A stretch of DNA of 64,000 bases from an uncultured Lachnospiraceae bacterium. GTDB taxonomy: Bacteria > Bacillota > Clostridia > Lachnospirales > Lachnospiraceae. Shown here piece by piece: positions 1 through 8,874 of this stretch. A program made the position numbers and the translations under genes. The notes beneath the pieces are model-generated. The model ran no database searches. It was given only the letters and a program-made list of their open reading frames with translations, and was not told where the DNA came from. The stretch lies in the NCBI GenBank assembly GCA_948470905.1, contig CAOKQK010000001.1, positions 38,055 through 102,054 on the forward strand, in the 5' to 3' direction. Numbering within the stretch: position 1 is the stretch's first letter; every line of letters begins with the position of its first letter.

Positions 1-1266
1 CGCACCTGGCGCAACACCATGACAGCAGAGGCATGTGAGAAGCTGACCCCGGTATTTAACTTTAATATCCCCCAGAGGTGGAGTATCGCCCATCTGTATC
101 AGGCCATCCTGAACAAAGAGGAGCATGTGAAGGATATCGATTTTCTCACTACTCTAGCGGGATATGTCCACTGGAAGCTCTCCGGTGAGAAGGTGCTTGG
201 TATTGGGGAGGCATCGGGGATGTTCCCTATTGATTCCGAAAGCATGGATTATGATGCCGGGATGATAGGGCAGTTTGATGAGCTTACGGCGGGAGAAAAT
301 CCTGGATGGAAGTTAAAGGGTATTCTGCCCAAAGTGCTGTGTGCAGGGGAGAAGGCGGGTGTGCTCACCCAGGAGGGGGCGAAGCTGCTGGATGTGAGCG
401 GCAGGCTTCAGGCAGGGATTCCCATGTGCCCTCCCGAGGGAGATGCGGGCACCGGCATGACCGCTACCAACAGCGTCCGGATGCGTACCGGCAATATCTC
501 CGCGGGCACATCCATCTTTTCCATGGTGGTGACGGAGAAAGCGCTTTCCAAAGTACACGAGGAGATCGACATGGTGACGACGCCCGACGGCAGCCCTGTT
601 GCCATGGTCCACTGCAACAACTGCACTTCCGACTTGAATGCCTGGGTGAATCTTTTTGATGAGTTTGCGGGAAAGCTGGGCGTGAAGACGGACAAAAATG
701 AGCTGTACGGGATGCTTTACAGGGAGGCGCTGAATGCCGATACGGACTGCGGCGGGCTGATGGCTTACAACTATTTCTCAGGGGAACCGGTGACTGGCTT
801 AAATGAGGGCAGGCCACTCTTTGCCCGCACGCCGGATGCCAGATTCACCCTCGCAAACTTTATGCGCAGCCACCTGTACAGCGCCATGGCTGCTTTAAAG
901 ATTGGAAATGATATCCTGCTCAAGGAGGAAAAGGTCAAGGTGGATTCCCTCATGGGGCACGGAGGTCTGTTCAAGACACCCGTGGTGGGGCAGCAGCTGA
1001 TGGCGGCAGCCTTTGATTCCCCTGTCACCGTGATGGATACTGCCAGCGAGGGCGGCGCATGGGGCATGGCGGTGCTTGCCGCTTACATGGTGGAAAAGGC
1101 GGAGGGAGAGACTCTGCCGGATTACCTGAGCGACAGGATTTTCGCAGGGCAGACCGGGACTACCATTGCACCCAAGGCAGAGGATGTGGCGGGCTTCGAC
1201 GCCTTCATCCGGAAATACAAGAGCACCCTTCCCGCGGAGAAAGCGGCGGTGGAGGGCTTAAGATAA
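1..1266 (+). CDS. araB: FGGY-family sugar kinase (probable L-ribulokinase), 5'-truncated by window edge
   Basis: Frame is open from base 1 ([10 protein letters not shown]...). FGGY motifs [25 protein letters not shown] and EGGAWG. Directly upstream of araD. Confidence 0.75.
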   Translation, partial: RTWRNTMTAEACEKLTPVFNFNIPQRWSIAHLYQAILNKEEHVKDIDFLTTLAGYVHWKLSGEKVLGIGEASGMFPIDSESMDYDAGMIGQFDELTAGENPGWKLKGILPKVLCAGEKAGVLTQEGAKLLDVSGRLQAGIPMCPPEGDAGTGMTATNSVRMRTGNISAGTSIFSMVVTEKALSKVHEEIDMVTTPDGSPVAMVHCNNCTSDLNAWVNLFDEFAGKLGVKTDKNELYGMLYREALNADTDCGGLMAYNYFSGEPVTGLNEGRPLFARTPDARFTLANFMRSHLYSAMAALKIGNDILLKEEKVKVDSLMGHGGLFKTPVVGQQLMAAAFDSPVTVMDTASEGGAWGMAVLAAYMVEKAEGETLPDYLSDRIFAGQTGTTIAPKAEDVAGFDAFIRKYKSTLPAEKAAVEGLR

Positions 1267-1427
1267 GAGGCGGAACAAGTTCCCGCAGGCGGGAACATAA
1301 AATTTGAAACAGCCTTGGAACGCAGGCCCCCGGAAGGATTTTCAGATGCGAAGTGTACAGCTGAAAATATCTCCCTTACAAAAGGGGCGGGAGTAAAGAG
1401 GCGGAACAAGTTCCCGCAGGTGGGAAC
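1265..1427. repeat. Two 32-bp direct repeats (1265-1296, 1396-1427), each with an internal hairpin
   Basis: aagaggcggaacaagttcccgcagg(c/t)gggaac occurs twice with 1 mismatch, 99 bp apart; gttccc...gggaac is an inverted repeat. Confidence 0.9.
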
Positions 1428-1449
1428 TGATAATAAGGAGAACAATAAT

Positions 1450-2151
1450 ATGCTGGAGGAATTAAAGCAGTTAGTGTATGAAGCAAATCTGGATCTGCCC
1501 AGGTATGGGCTTGTTACCTTTACCTGGGGGAATGTCAGTGCCATAGACCGGGAGAGCGGGCTTTTTGTCATTAAGCCCAGCGGCGTGGAGTACGGCAAGC
1601 TGAAACCGGAGGACATGGTGGTGGTAGACTTAAATGGCAGGAAGGTGGAGGGGCGTCTGAACCCTTCCTCGGACACGCCTACCCATGCGGTACTCTACAG
1701 GGAGTTTACAGAGATCGGAGGCATTGTGCATACCCATTCCACCTACGCCACAAGCTGGGCGCAGGCGGGTTGTGATATTCCCTGTTATGGCACCACTCAC
1801 GCGGATTACATTTATGGCGAGGTTCCCTGTGTCAGATGCCTGACGGAGCTGGAGATCGAGGAGGCGTACGAGGAGAACACGGGACACCTGATCGTGGATG
1901 AATTCAAGAGGCGGTGCAAGGATCCTGTGGCGGTTCCGGCGGTCCTCTGCAAGAACCATGGCCCCTTTACCTGGGGCAAGGATGCCAAGGAGGCGGTTCA
2001 TAATGCGGTAGTGCTGGAGGAAGTTGCCAAGATGGCGTTCCTGGCGGAGACGATCAACCCCAAGATCCAGCCTGCGCCCAAGGAGCTCCAGGATAAGCAC
2101 TATTTCAGGAAGCACGGCGCGAATGCTTATTATGGGCAGAGTGCGGAATAA
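1450..2151 (+). CDS. araD: L-ribulose-5-phosphate 4-epimerase
   Basis: RBS aaggag before MLEELKQ. Motifs [23 protein letters not shown] and [10 protein letters not shown]. Confidence 0.95.
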   Translation: MLEELKQLVYEANLDLPRYGLVTFTWGNVSAIDRESGLFVIKPSGVEYGKLKPEDMVVVDLNGRKVEGRLNPSSDTPTHAVLYREFTEIGGIVHTHSTYATSWAQAGCDIPCYGTTHADYIYGEVPCVRCLTELEIEEAYEENTGHLIVDEFKRRCKDPVAVPAVLCKNHGPFTWGKDAKEAVHNAVVLEEVAKMAFLAETINPKIQPAPKELQDKHYFRKHGANAYYGQSAE

Positions 2152-2229
2152 TTGTAATGAAGAAGTGCCTGCCAGGGGCAGGGATGGGGATGCAAGTGTG
2201 GAATATAAAGCGCGCAAAGGGGTGTAAAT

Positions 2230-2544
2230 ATGGAAATAGAAATAAAGCCCGATGGGGTTTGGTATCATGGCTCTAATGTGCTTTTTTCAACGTTGAGAAC
2301 CAACAGTACAATTACACAATGGAAAGAACTTGCAGAGGCATTTTCACACCAGCCCAGCAGGCTGGCATATGATGATGATGGGGTGATCAGCCATAATGGA
2401 GTGGAAAAGGGATATTTGTATATAATTGACGAACCCATTGACCTGCAGAATGATATATACCAGCATCCCAGAACCACAATGGATGAAAATGCTGAATTTT
2501 TAACGAAGCGTCCCTTAAAGGTAAAAATGATTTGTGAATTATAA
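2230..2544 (+). CDS. Small hypothetical protein, possible ADP-ribosyltransferase (Arr-like) fold
   Basis: 104 aa, AT-richer than its neighbours. WYHGS...GYLYIIDEP...EFLTKRPLKV resembles the Arr pattern YHGT...GRIYIVEP...PLRV. Confidence 0.55.
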   Translation: MEIEIKPDGVWYHGSNVLFSTLRTNSTITQWKELAEAFSHQPSRLAYDDDGVISHNGVEKGYLYIIDEPIDLQNDIYQHPRTTMDENAEFLTKRPLKVKMICEL

Positions 2545-2721
2545 ACGCAGAATTAACAGTGCTTCAGGATGGTATGGATTGGCAATACATAATAAAGCAA
2601 TGGTTGAGGGAATATGTTTACATCTGTAATTACGCTGATGCACACAAAAAACGCATTGCGGAAAGGGCATCCGCAAAATGAAAAGTAAAAAACAGCCACT
2701 GAGTGGCGTAAGGAGGCAGCA

Positions 2722-3564
2722 ATGAACAATTTAGAGCTGAAAAAGCATGCTAATGATGTTCGCAAGGGCATTGTGACGGCGGTTCACGGTGCAAAGGCAG
2801 GGCATCCCGGCGGTTCTCTATCCGCGGCGGATGTGTTTACTTTCCTGTATTTTGAAGAAATGAATATTGACCCTGAGAATCCCAAGATGGAGGACAGGGA
2901 CCGTTTTGTGCTCTCCAAGGGGCACACGGCGCCGGGGCTGTATTCCGCGCTGGCGAACAGGGGGTTCTTCCCGGTGGAGGACCTGCCTACTTTAAGGCAT
3001 TTGGGGTCTTATCTGCAGGGGCATCCCTGCATCCATATTCCCGGCGTGGATATGTCGTCGGGTTCCCTGGGACAGGGCATATCCGCGGCGGTGGGAATGG
3101 CGCTGGGCGCAAGGATGGGCGGCAAGGGCTACAGGGTCTATACCCTGCTTGGCGACGGAGAGCTGGAGGAGGGACAGGTCTGGGAGGCGTCCATGTTCGC
3201 GGGACACCGCAAGCTGGACAATCTCTGCGTGATGGTTGACAACAATAATCTGCAGATCGACGGTCCTATTGACCAGGTGTGCTCCCCTTACCCCATTGAC
3301 AGGAAGTTCGAGGCTTTTAATTTCCATGTCATCAATGTGGATGCCCATGACTTTGACGCCATGCGCGCCGCTTTCCAGGAGGCCAGGGAGACCAAGGGCA
3401 TGCCTACCTGCATTGTTTTCCACAGCCTGAAGGGCAAGGGAGTCTCCTTCATGGAGAACAATATAGACTGGCACGGCAAGGCTCCCAACGATGAGCAGTA
3501 CGCCGTGGCGATGGCGGATCTGGAGAAGATCGGCGCAGAATTAGAGAAAGAAGGTGAGGAATAA
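2722..3564 (+). CDS. tkt: Transketolase, N-terminal (TPP-binding) subunit
   Basis: GHPGGSLS, LSKGH, GSLGQG and the GDGE...NN TPP motif; RBS aaggagg. Confidence 0.93.
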   Translation: MNNLELKKHANDVRKGIVTAVHGAKAGHPGGSLSAADVFTFLYFEEMNIDPENPKMEDRDRFVLSKGHTAPGLYSALANRGFFPVEDLPTLRHLGSYLQGHPCIHIPGVDMSSGSLGQGISAAVGMALGARMGGKGYRVYTLLGDGELEEGQVWEASMFAGHRKLDNLCVMVDNNNLQIDGPIDQVCSPYPIDRKFEAFNFHVINVDAHDFDAMRAAFQEARETKGMPTCIVFHSLKGKGVSFMENNIDWHGKAPNDEQYAVAMADLEKIGAELEKEGEE

Positions 3565-4523
3565 TGGCAGAGAAAAACGGACAGGAGACGGTTGTTAAGA
3601 AGGTTGCTACACGCGAAAGCTACGGGAACGCCCTGAAGGAACTGGCGGAGGAATTTCCGCAGCTGGTGGTTCTGGATGCTGACCTGGCGGCAGCGACCAA
3701 GACAGAGGTTTTCAAGAAGGCATATCCCGAGCGCCATATTGACTGCGGTATTGCCGAGGCGAATATGATGGGTATCGCGGCGGGTCTGTCACTGACAGGC
3801 AAAATCCCTTTCGTGAGCTCCTTCGCCATGTTTGCGGCGGGACGCGCCTTTGAACAGGTGCGCAATTCCATCGGATATCCTCACTTAAACGTTAAGATCG
3901 GCGCTACCCACGCGGGTATCACCGTGGGCGAGGACGGCGCTACCCATCAGTGTAATGAGGACATCGCCCTGATGCGGACCATACCGGGAATGGTGGTCAT
4001 GTGCCCTGCCGATGATGTGGAGGCGAAAGCGGCAGTGCGTGCGGCGTTGGAATATGAAGGGCCTGTCTACATCAGGTTCGGGCGGGCGGCGGTTCCCGTC
4101 ATCAACGATAAGCCCGGTTATAAGTTTGAGATTGGAAAAGGTTCTGTGGTCAGGGAGGGCACTGACGTGACCATTGTGGCAACCGGTATCTGTGTAGATT
4201 CCGCCCTGGGCGCCGCCGGGAAGCTGGCGGCAGAGGGCATCAGCGCGGAGGTGGTCAGTATCTGTACCATCAAGCCGTTGGATGAGGAGATCATTATAAA
4301 CAGTGCGAAAAAGACAGGAAAGGTCGTCACTGTGGAGGAGCATTCCGTTATAGGCGGCCTTGGCAGCGCGGTGTGTGATACCTTGAGCGCGAACCTGCCC
4401 ACCAGGGTGAAGAAGCTGGGCATGCAGGACGTGTTTGGCGAGTCTGGTTCCGCGGCGGCGCTGGTGCAGAAGTACGGCCTGGACGCGGAGGGTGTGTATC
4501 AGTCTGTGAAGGAATTTATGTAG
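3564..4523 (+). CDS. tkt: Transketolase, C-terminal subunit
   Basis: GIAEANM, GEDGATHQ and EEHS motifs; start overlaps the previous stop (taatg). Confidence 0.93.
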   Translation: MAEKNGQETVVKKVATRESYGNALKELAEEFPQLVVLDADLAAATKTEVFKKAYPERHIDCGIAEANMMGIAAGLSLTGKIPFVSSFAMFAAGRAFEQVRNSIGYPHLNVKIGATHAGITVGEDGATHQCNEDIALMRTIPGMVVMCPADDVEAKAAVRAALEYEGPVYIRFGRAAVPVINDKPGYKFEIGKGSVVREGTDVTIVATGICVDSALGAAGKLAAEGISAEVVSICTIKPLDEEIIINSAKKTGKVVTVEEHSVIGGLGSAVCDTLSANLPTRVKKLGMQDVFGESGSAAALVQKYGLDAEGVYQSVKEFM

Positions 4524-4597
4524 CATCGAGCAAGCTTTCTGCAGAAATTTAAGTCACGCTGTATTGGCGTGCTGTACCGTGTAATGGTGATATGAGC

Positions 4598-4622
4598 AGC
4601 CGGGCCGTAGGCCCGGCTTTTT
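4598..4622 (+). terminator. Rho-independent terminator
   Basis: agccgggcc-gta-ggcccggct followed by a T run, downstream of tkt. Confidence 0.8.
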
Positions 4623-4734
4623 CAGGTGGTGCGCCCTGCGGCGGGAGTTTTGTGAATGTGGGAGTCAGGTTGGAGGTTCCTTGGAACGTCCAAACGCACA
4701 GGTGGAAAAATTTCTAAAATAAGAAGCCAAATCT

Positions 4735-4762
4735 TGTCATATTTTCTCCCGATTTGCGACTA
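4735..4762 (+). promoter_or_regulatory. Putative ECF-type autoregulatory promoter
   Basis: TGTCAT-16 nt-CGACTA upstream of the ECF sigma gene; ECF-like -35/-10 spacing (inference). Confidence 0.4.
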
Positions 4763-4903
4763 TATAGGTAGAAAGCTTTCTGGATGTTATGCAAAAATGC
4801 GTACAATTGCGTCTTTCAGGCTCATTGCAATTGTTGGTTCCGGGGAAAGGCTGTCCGAACTGTTACTCTGGAACAAAATTTCACATTAAAGGGGGGAGGA
4901 GCC

Positions 4904-5461
4904 ATGGACGATTTTGCCATTGTGGAGCTTTATCATCGGCGGGAACAGCTAGCCATTGCCGAATCAGACAAAAAATACGGACCTCTGTGCCGCTCCATTG
5001 CCCAGAGGCTGCTGGGCTGCAGGGAGGATGCGGAGGAGTGCGTCAACGATACCTGGTATGCCGCCTGGGACAAGATGCCTCCGGACAGGCCCCAGTCCCT
5101 TGGCGCGTTTCTGGGGCGTATTACCCGGAACCTGTCCATCAGCAGATGGCGGAGGGATCACGCCAGGAAACGGTATGATGGCATGGAACTTCTGCTCTCC
5201 GAACTGGAGGACTGTGTCCCTGCCCCCGGAACGGTGGAAGAAGATCTGGAGCGGCAGCAGCTTGCCGGCATTGTCAGCGCCTGGCTGGACGGTCTGGAGG
5301 ACCAGGAGAGGCGGCTCTTTATCCGGCGGTATTGGTATGGGGACCCGGTGAAGGAGCTGGCGGCAGGGCGGGGCGAAGGCGCCAATGCCATTGCCCAGAG
5401 GCTGCTGCGGCTGCGCAAAGGTCTGCGCGCCTTCCTGGAATCAGAAGGTGTAAGTGTGTAA
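4904..5461 (+). CDS. ECF RNA polymerase sigma-70 factor
   Basis: RBS ggagga then MDDFAIVELY. Sigma-2 region DAEECVNDT...ITRNLSI; sigma-4 region FIRRYWYG...RLLRLRKGLR. Confidence 0.9.
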   Translation: MDDFAIVELYHRREQLAIAESDKKYGPLCRSIAQRLLGCREDAEECVNDTWYAAWDKMPPDRPQSLGAFLGRITRNLSISRWRRDHARKRYDGMELLLSELEDCVPAPGTVEEDLERQQLAGIVSAWLDGLEDQERRLFIRRYWYGDPVKELAAGRGEGANAIAQRLLRLRKGLRAFLESEGVSV

Positions 5462-5515
5462 AGCGGGCGCTGCTGTAGTGCAGAGACGGCACTAAAATTA
5501 AGAAGGAGTAGAGGT

Positions 5516-6967
5516 ATGAATTCACAGAATATTTTTGATGGTATCACAGATATCCGGGATGATCTGGTGGACGGGGCGAAAGAAGCCCGGGGAAAACAAA
5601 AGAGCCAGGGCGGAAGCAGGGGCAGAAAGCGCATGCTGGGGGCTGCCGTGGCGGCTGTGTTGGCGCTCGCCGTCTTTGTGGGAATTTTCGCCCGTCCCCA
5701 CAGCGGTCTGACGGCGTATGCCATCGCGCAGGCGGGGTATCCCAAGATGGCTCCCTATCCCAGCGGTCTTGCCCAGTTTAACAGTAAGGTCCACGACGCG
5801 TGGTGGGAGGATGTGAAAGCACAGCGGCGGGATTTGGGGGATATTTCTTCCCTGGAGTCATTTTTTGCCCGGAGTGCGCAGGCTTTTCTGACCGGGACAG
5901 AGGGGCAGAACCGGGTTTACTCTCCGGTCAACGTCTATATGGCGCTTGCCATGTTGGCACAGCTTACAGGCGGGGAGAGCCGGGAGCAGATCCTGACGCT
6001 CCTGGGCAGCGGCAGTATGGCTGACCTGCGGCAGCAGGCCAGTGACGTGTGGAACTCCAACTATCGGGATGACGGCGCTCTGACTTCCATCCTGGCAGGT
6101 TCCCTGTGGCTGGACAAAGACCTGAAATATAATCAGGGCACCATGGATATTCTTGCCCGGGATTTCTACGCTTCCTCCTATCGGGGGAATATGGGCTCGG
6201 AGCAATTTAACAAGGCCCTGCAGAGCTGGCTCAACGAGCAGACAGGGGGGCTTTTGAAAGAGCAGGCGGGAAATATCGAACTGGACAAAGAGACTATCCT
6301 TGCGCTTGCAACGACAGTTTATTTTAAGGCCAAGTGGCACGATGAGTTTTCCCGGGAGAAGACCCTGCCCGGAGCTTTTCACACTCCTTCCGGGGATGTG
6401 GATACAGATTTTATGAACCAGCGGGAGGATCAGCCCTATTACTGGGGAGACAGGTTTGCCGCTGTGAATCAATCTTTTGAAGGGGGAGGCTCCATGTGGT
6501 TTCTTCTGCCCGATGAGGGTACAACGCCGGAGGAGCTGCTCTCGGACGGGGAAGCCATGGACTTTCTCTTTGGGTCGAACAGGTATCAGTGGGAAAATCA
6601 GAAGTTTATATTTGTAAATAAATCAATCCCCAAGTTTGATGTGTCTTCCCAGTTTGACCTGGGGGAAGGCTTGCAGGCGCTGGGGATCACGGATGTCTTT
6701 GATCCGGAGGTGTCGGATTTCACCCCTGTGATAACTGATGCGGAAGCCACGGTTGCTGTCTCCCAGGCCAGCCATGCCGCAAGGGTGGTTATCGACGAAG
6801 AGGGCTGCACGGCTGCGGCTTTTACTGTCATGGCTGCCGCAGGCGCAGTGCAGCCCCCCGACGATGAGGTGGACTTTATACTGGATCGGCCGTTTATCTT
6901 CTGCATTACCGGGATTGGCGGTCTGCCGCTGTTCGTGGGGGTTGTCAATTACCCTGCAGGGGCGTGA
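5516..6967 (+). CDS. Membrane-anchored serpin (putative anti-sigma factor)
   Basis: Short cytoplasmic N-terminus, one TM helix (aa ~41-59), then serpin motifs SPVNVYMALAML, WLNEQTGG, YFKAKW, IPKF, hinge DEEGCTAAAFT and DRPFIF. Confidence 0.9.
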   Translation: MNSQNIFDGITDIRDDLVDGAKEARGKQKSQGGSRGRKRMLGAAVAAVLALAVFVGIFARPHSGLTAYAIAQAGYPKMAPYPSGLAQFNSKVHDAWWEDVKAQRRDLGDISSLESFFARSAQAFLTGTEGQNRVYSPVNVYMALAMLAQLTGGESREQILTLLGSGSMADLRQQASDVWNSNYRDDGALTSILAGSLWLDKDLKYNQGTMDILARDFYASSYRGNMGSEQFNKALQSWLNEQTGGLLKEQAGNIELDKETILALATTVYFKAKWHDEFSREKTLPGAFHTPSGDVDTDFMNQREDQPYYWGDRFAAVNQSFEGGGSMWFLLPDEGTTPEELLSDGEAMDFLFGSNRYQWENQKFIFVNKSIPKFDVSSQFDLGEGLQALGITDVFDPEVSDFTPVITDAEATVAVSQASHAARVVIDEEGCTAAAFTVMAAAGAVQPPDDEVDFILDRPFIFCITGIGGLPLFVGVVNYPAGA

Positions 6968-7001
6968 CAGGCATGATCTGAGATGGCGGAATCGTCACAT
7001 T

Positions 7002-8768
7002 TTATCTTGCCAGATCGTAGTACAATCCCTTCCTTGCCATCAGCTCCTCGTGGGTTCCTTCCTCCGCGATGCCCTTGTTGCTGATGTAGAGGATGCGGTC
7101 GGAGTTGCGGATGGTGGACAGCCTGTGTGCCACAATGAAAGCGGTCTTGTCTTTGATCAGGATATCCAGGGCTTCCTTGATGAGGATTTCCGTCTCGGTG
7201 TCTATGGCGCTGGTGGCCTCGTCCAGGATGATCACGGAAGGGTTCTTCAGCACGATTCTGGCGAAGCTGATGAGCTGCTTCTCCCCGGCGGACAGGCCGC
7301 TTCCGCGCTCCTCCAGTACATGGCTGTAGCCGTCTTTCAGCCGTTTAATGAACTTGTCGGCAAAGATCAGCTTCGCCGCCGCCATGCATTCCTCGTCGGT
7401 GGCGTCCCATTTGCCGTAGCGGATGTTGTCCATAACAGTGCCTTTGAAGATAAAGGGATCCTGCATCAGGACGCCCACTTCTTTCCGCAGGGAGAACAGG
7501 CTTGCATCCCTGACGTCGGTGCCGTCGATGGTGACGCTGCCCTCCCGCACGTCATAGAACCTGGTGAGCATACTGATGACAGTGGTCTTGCCTGCCCCGG
7601 TAGGGCCTACGAGCGCGATGGTTTCCCCGGGCTTTACATGGAGGTCAAAGTGTTCCAGGATATTAATGCCTTCTTCATAGGCGAAGGTGACGTCGTTAAA
7701 GTCGATTCTACCGCGGACATTTTCCAGTGTGACCGCGTCCTCCTTATCCTTGATCTCGAGAGGATAGTCGATGGTGTCAAACACCTGCTCCAGGTTGGAG
7801 CTTACCTGGGCAAGCTCCTGGATAATGGTGGATATCTGGGACAGGGGATCCTGGAAGGAGCTCATATAGGTGGTGAAGGTGATTACCACGCCTGCGGTGA
7901 TGAGATCGTTTCCGCCCAGGATCAGCGCCAGCGCCACACCGTAGATGCAGAGGGTTCCGAAGTGCCAGAATACCTGTACCACAGGGTGGTTGAGTCTGCT
8001 GCGCTTTGTGATATCCCACCACATATTCACGCTGTCTTCATGAATCTGTCTGTAGACGTCCTTGTTTATTTCTGTGCGGTTGTAATTTTTTACGATCTGT
8101 TCCCCCATGATGGACTCCACCAGGAATGCGGTCCGGTTGGAGTTCTTCAGGCGGTGCGCCGAGTACATCTTCCGCAGGAACGACCGGAGCATGAACATGA
8201 TGACCATCATGGGAATGATGGTGACAAATACGATCAGCGTCAGAGCCGGGCTCAAAGAGAGCATGAAAACTGTCACCACCACCAGCTTTACGATATAGAT
8301 GGCAAACATCATGACATAGTTGGAGAAAAAGTCTGCCAATCCGTTAATGTATTCCGTCACGCGGACAACAATCTTGCCGTCCGGGCGGTTGTCGAAGTAG
8401 TCAAAAGACAGCTGCTGCAGCCTGCCAAAGATGTCCGTCCGGATCTGGGAGATGATCTCCAGCCCCATTTTGCCCATGCTCCTTGTCTGGATGAAGGTGG
8501 AGATGATCTCAACGGCGGCCAGCAGCACCAGTCCGGAGCCCACCAGGACCAGCTGCTTATAATCTTCGTTTATCACAACTTCATCTACCACCAGCTTTAA
8601 GAGCCTGGGAGGCAGCAGCGAAACCACCGATGCCACCAGCATCATGCAGCTCACCAGTGCCAGTAGCTTTTTGTAGGGAAGAATGTAACGCAGGGTCCTT
8701 CCCAGCTGCCGTAGGTCTATTTTTTTCTCAAGTTTCTCATCTTCAAAGAAGGTATTGCGCTTTGCCAT
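7002..8768 (-). CDS. ABC exporter, fused permease/ATPase (heterodimer half)
   Basis: TM domain followed by GPTGAGKT, LSAGEKQ, ILDEAT and AHRLS. Confidence 0.92.
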   Translation of the reverse strand: MAKRNTFFEDEKLEKKIDLRQLGRTLRYILPYKKLLALVSCMMLVASVVSLLPPRLLKLVVDEVVINEDYKQLVLVGSGLVLLAAVEIISTFIQTRSMGKMGLEIISQIRTDIFGRLQQLSFDYFDNRPDGKIVVRVTEYINGLADFFSNYVMMFAIYIVKLVVVTVFMLSLSPALTLIVFVTIIPMMVIMFMLRSFLRKMYSAHRLKNSNRTAFLVESIMGEQIVKNYNRTEINKDVYRQIHEDSVNMWWDITKRSRLNHPVVQVFWHFGTLCIYGVALALILGGNDLITAGVVITFTTYMSSFQDPLSQISTIIQELAQVSSNLEQVFDTIDYPLEIKDKEDAVTLENVRGRIDFNDVTFAYEEGINILEHFDLHVKPGETIALVGPTGAGKTTVISMLTRFYDVREGSVTIDGTDVRDASLFSLRKEVGVLMQDPFIFKGTVMDNIRYGKWDATDEECMAAAKLIFADKFIKRLKDGYSHVLEERGSGLSAGEKQLISFARIVLKNPSVIILDEATSAIDTETEILIKEALDILIKDKTAFIVAHRLSTIRNSDRILYISNKGIAEEGTHEELMARKGLYYDLAR

Positions 8769-8874
8769 GATTACACCTCTCTGTCCGCCACGGCGGACAT
8801 CAATTCAAAATTCTAAAACTTACACCCTTCTGCGCGCTTTGGCACGCGTACTGGCCTTGATGCCGACTGGGAAG

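Noticed and set aside
1265-1427. Mini CRISPR array
   Set aside because: Only two repeats, a 99-bp spacer, and no cas genes or leader.
1315-1449. N-terminal extensions in the ORF track (araD, and likewise sigma 4784, rpe 12157, metG 14272, 25314 and 57605)
   Set aside because: Better RBS-supported starts lie downstream; the extensions overlap repeats, leaders or the SRP RNA.
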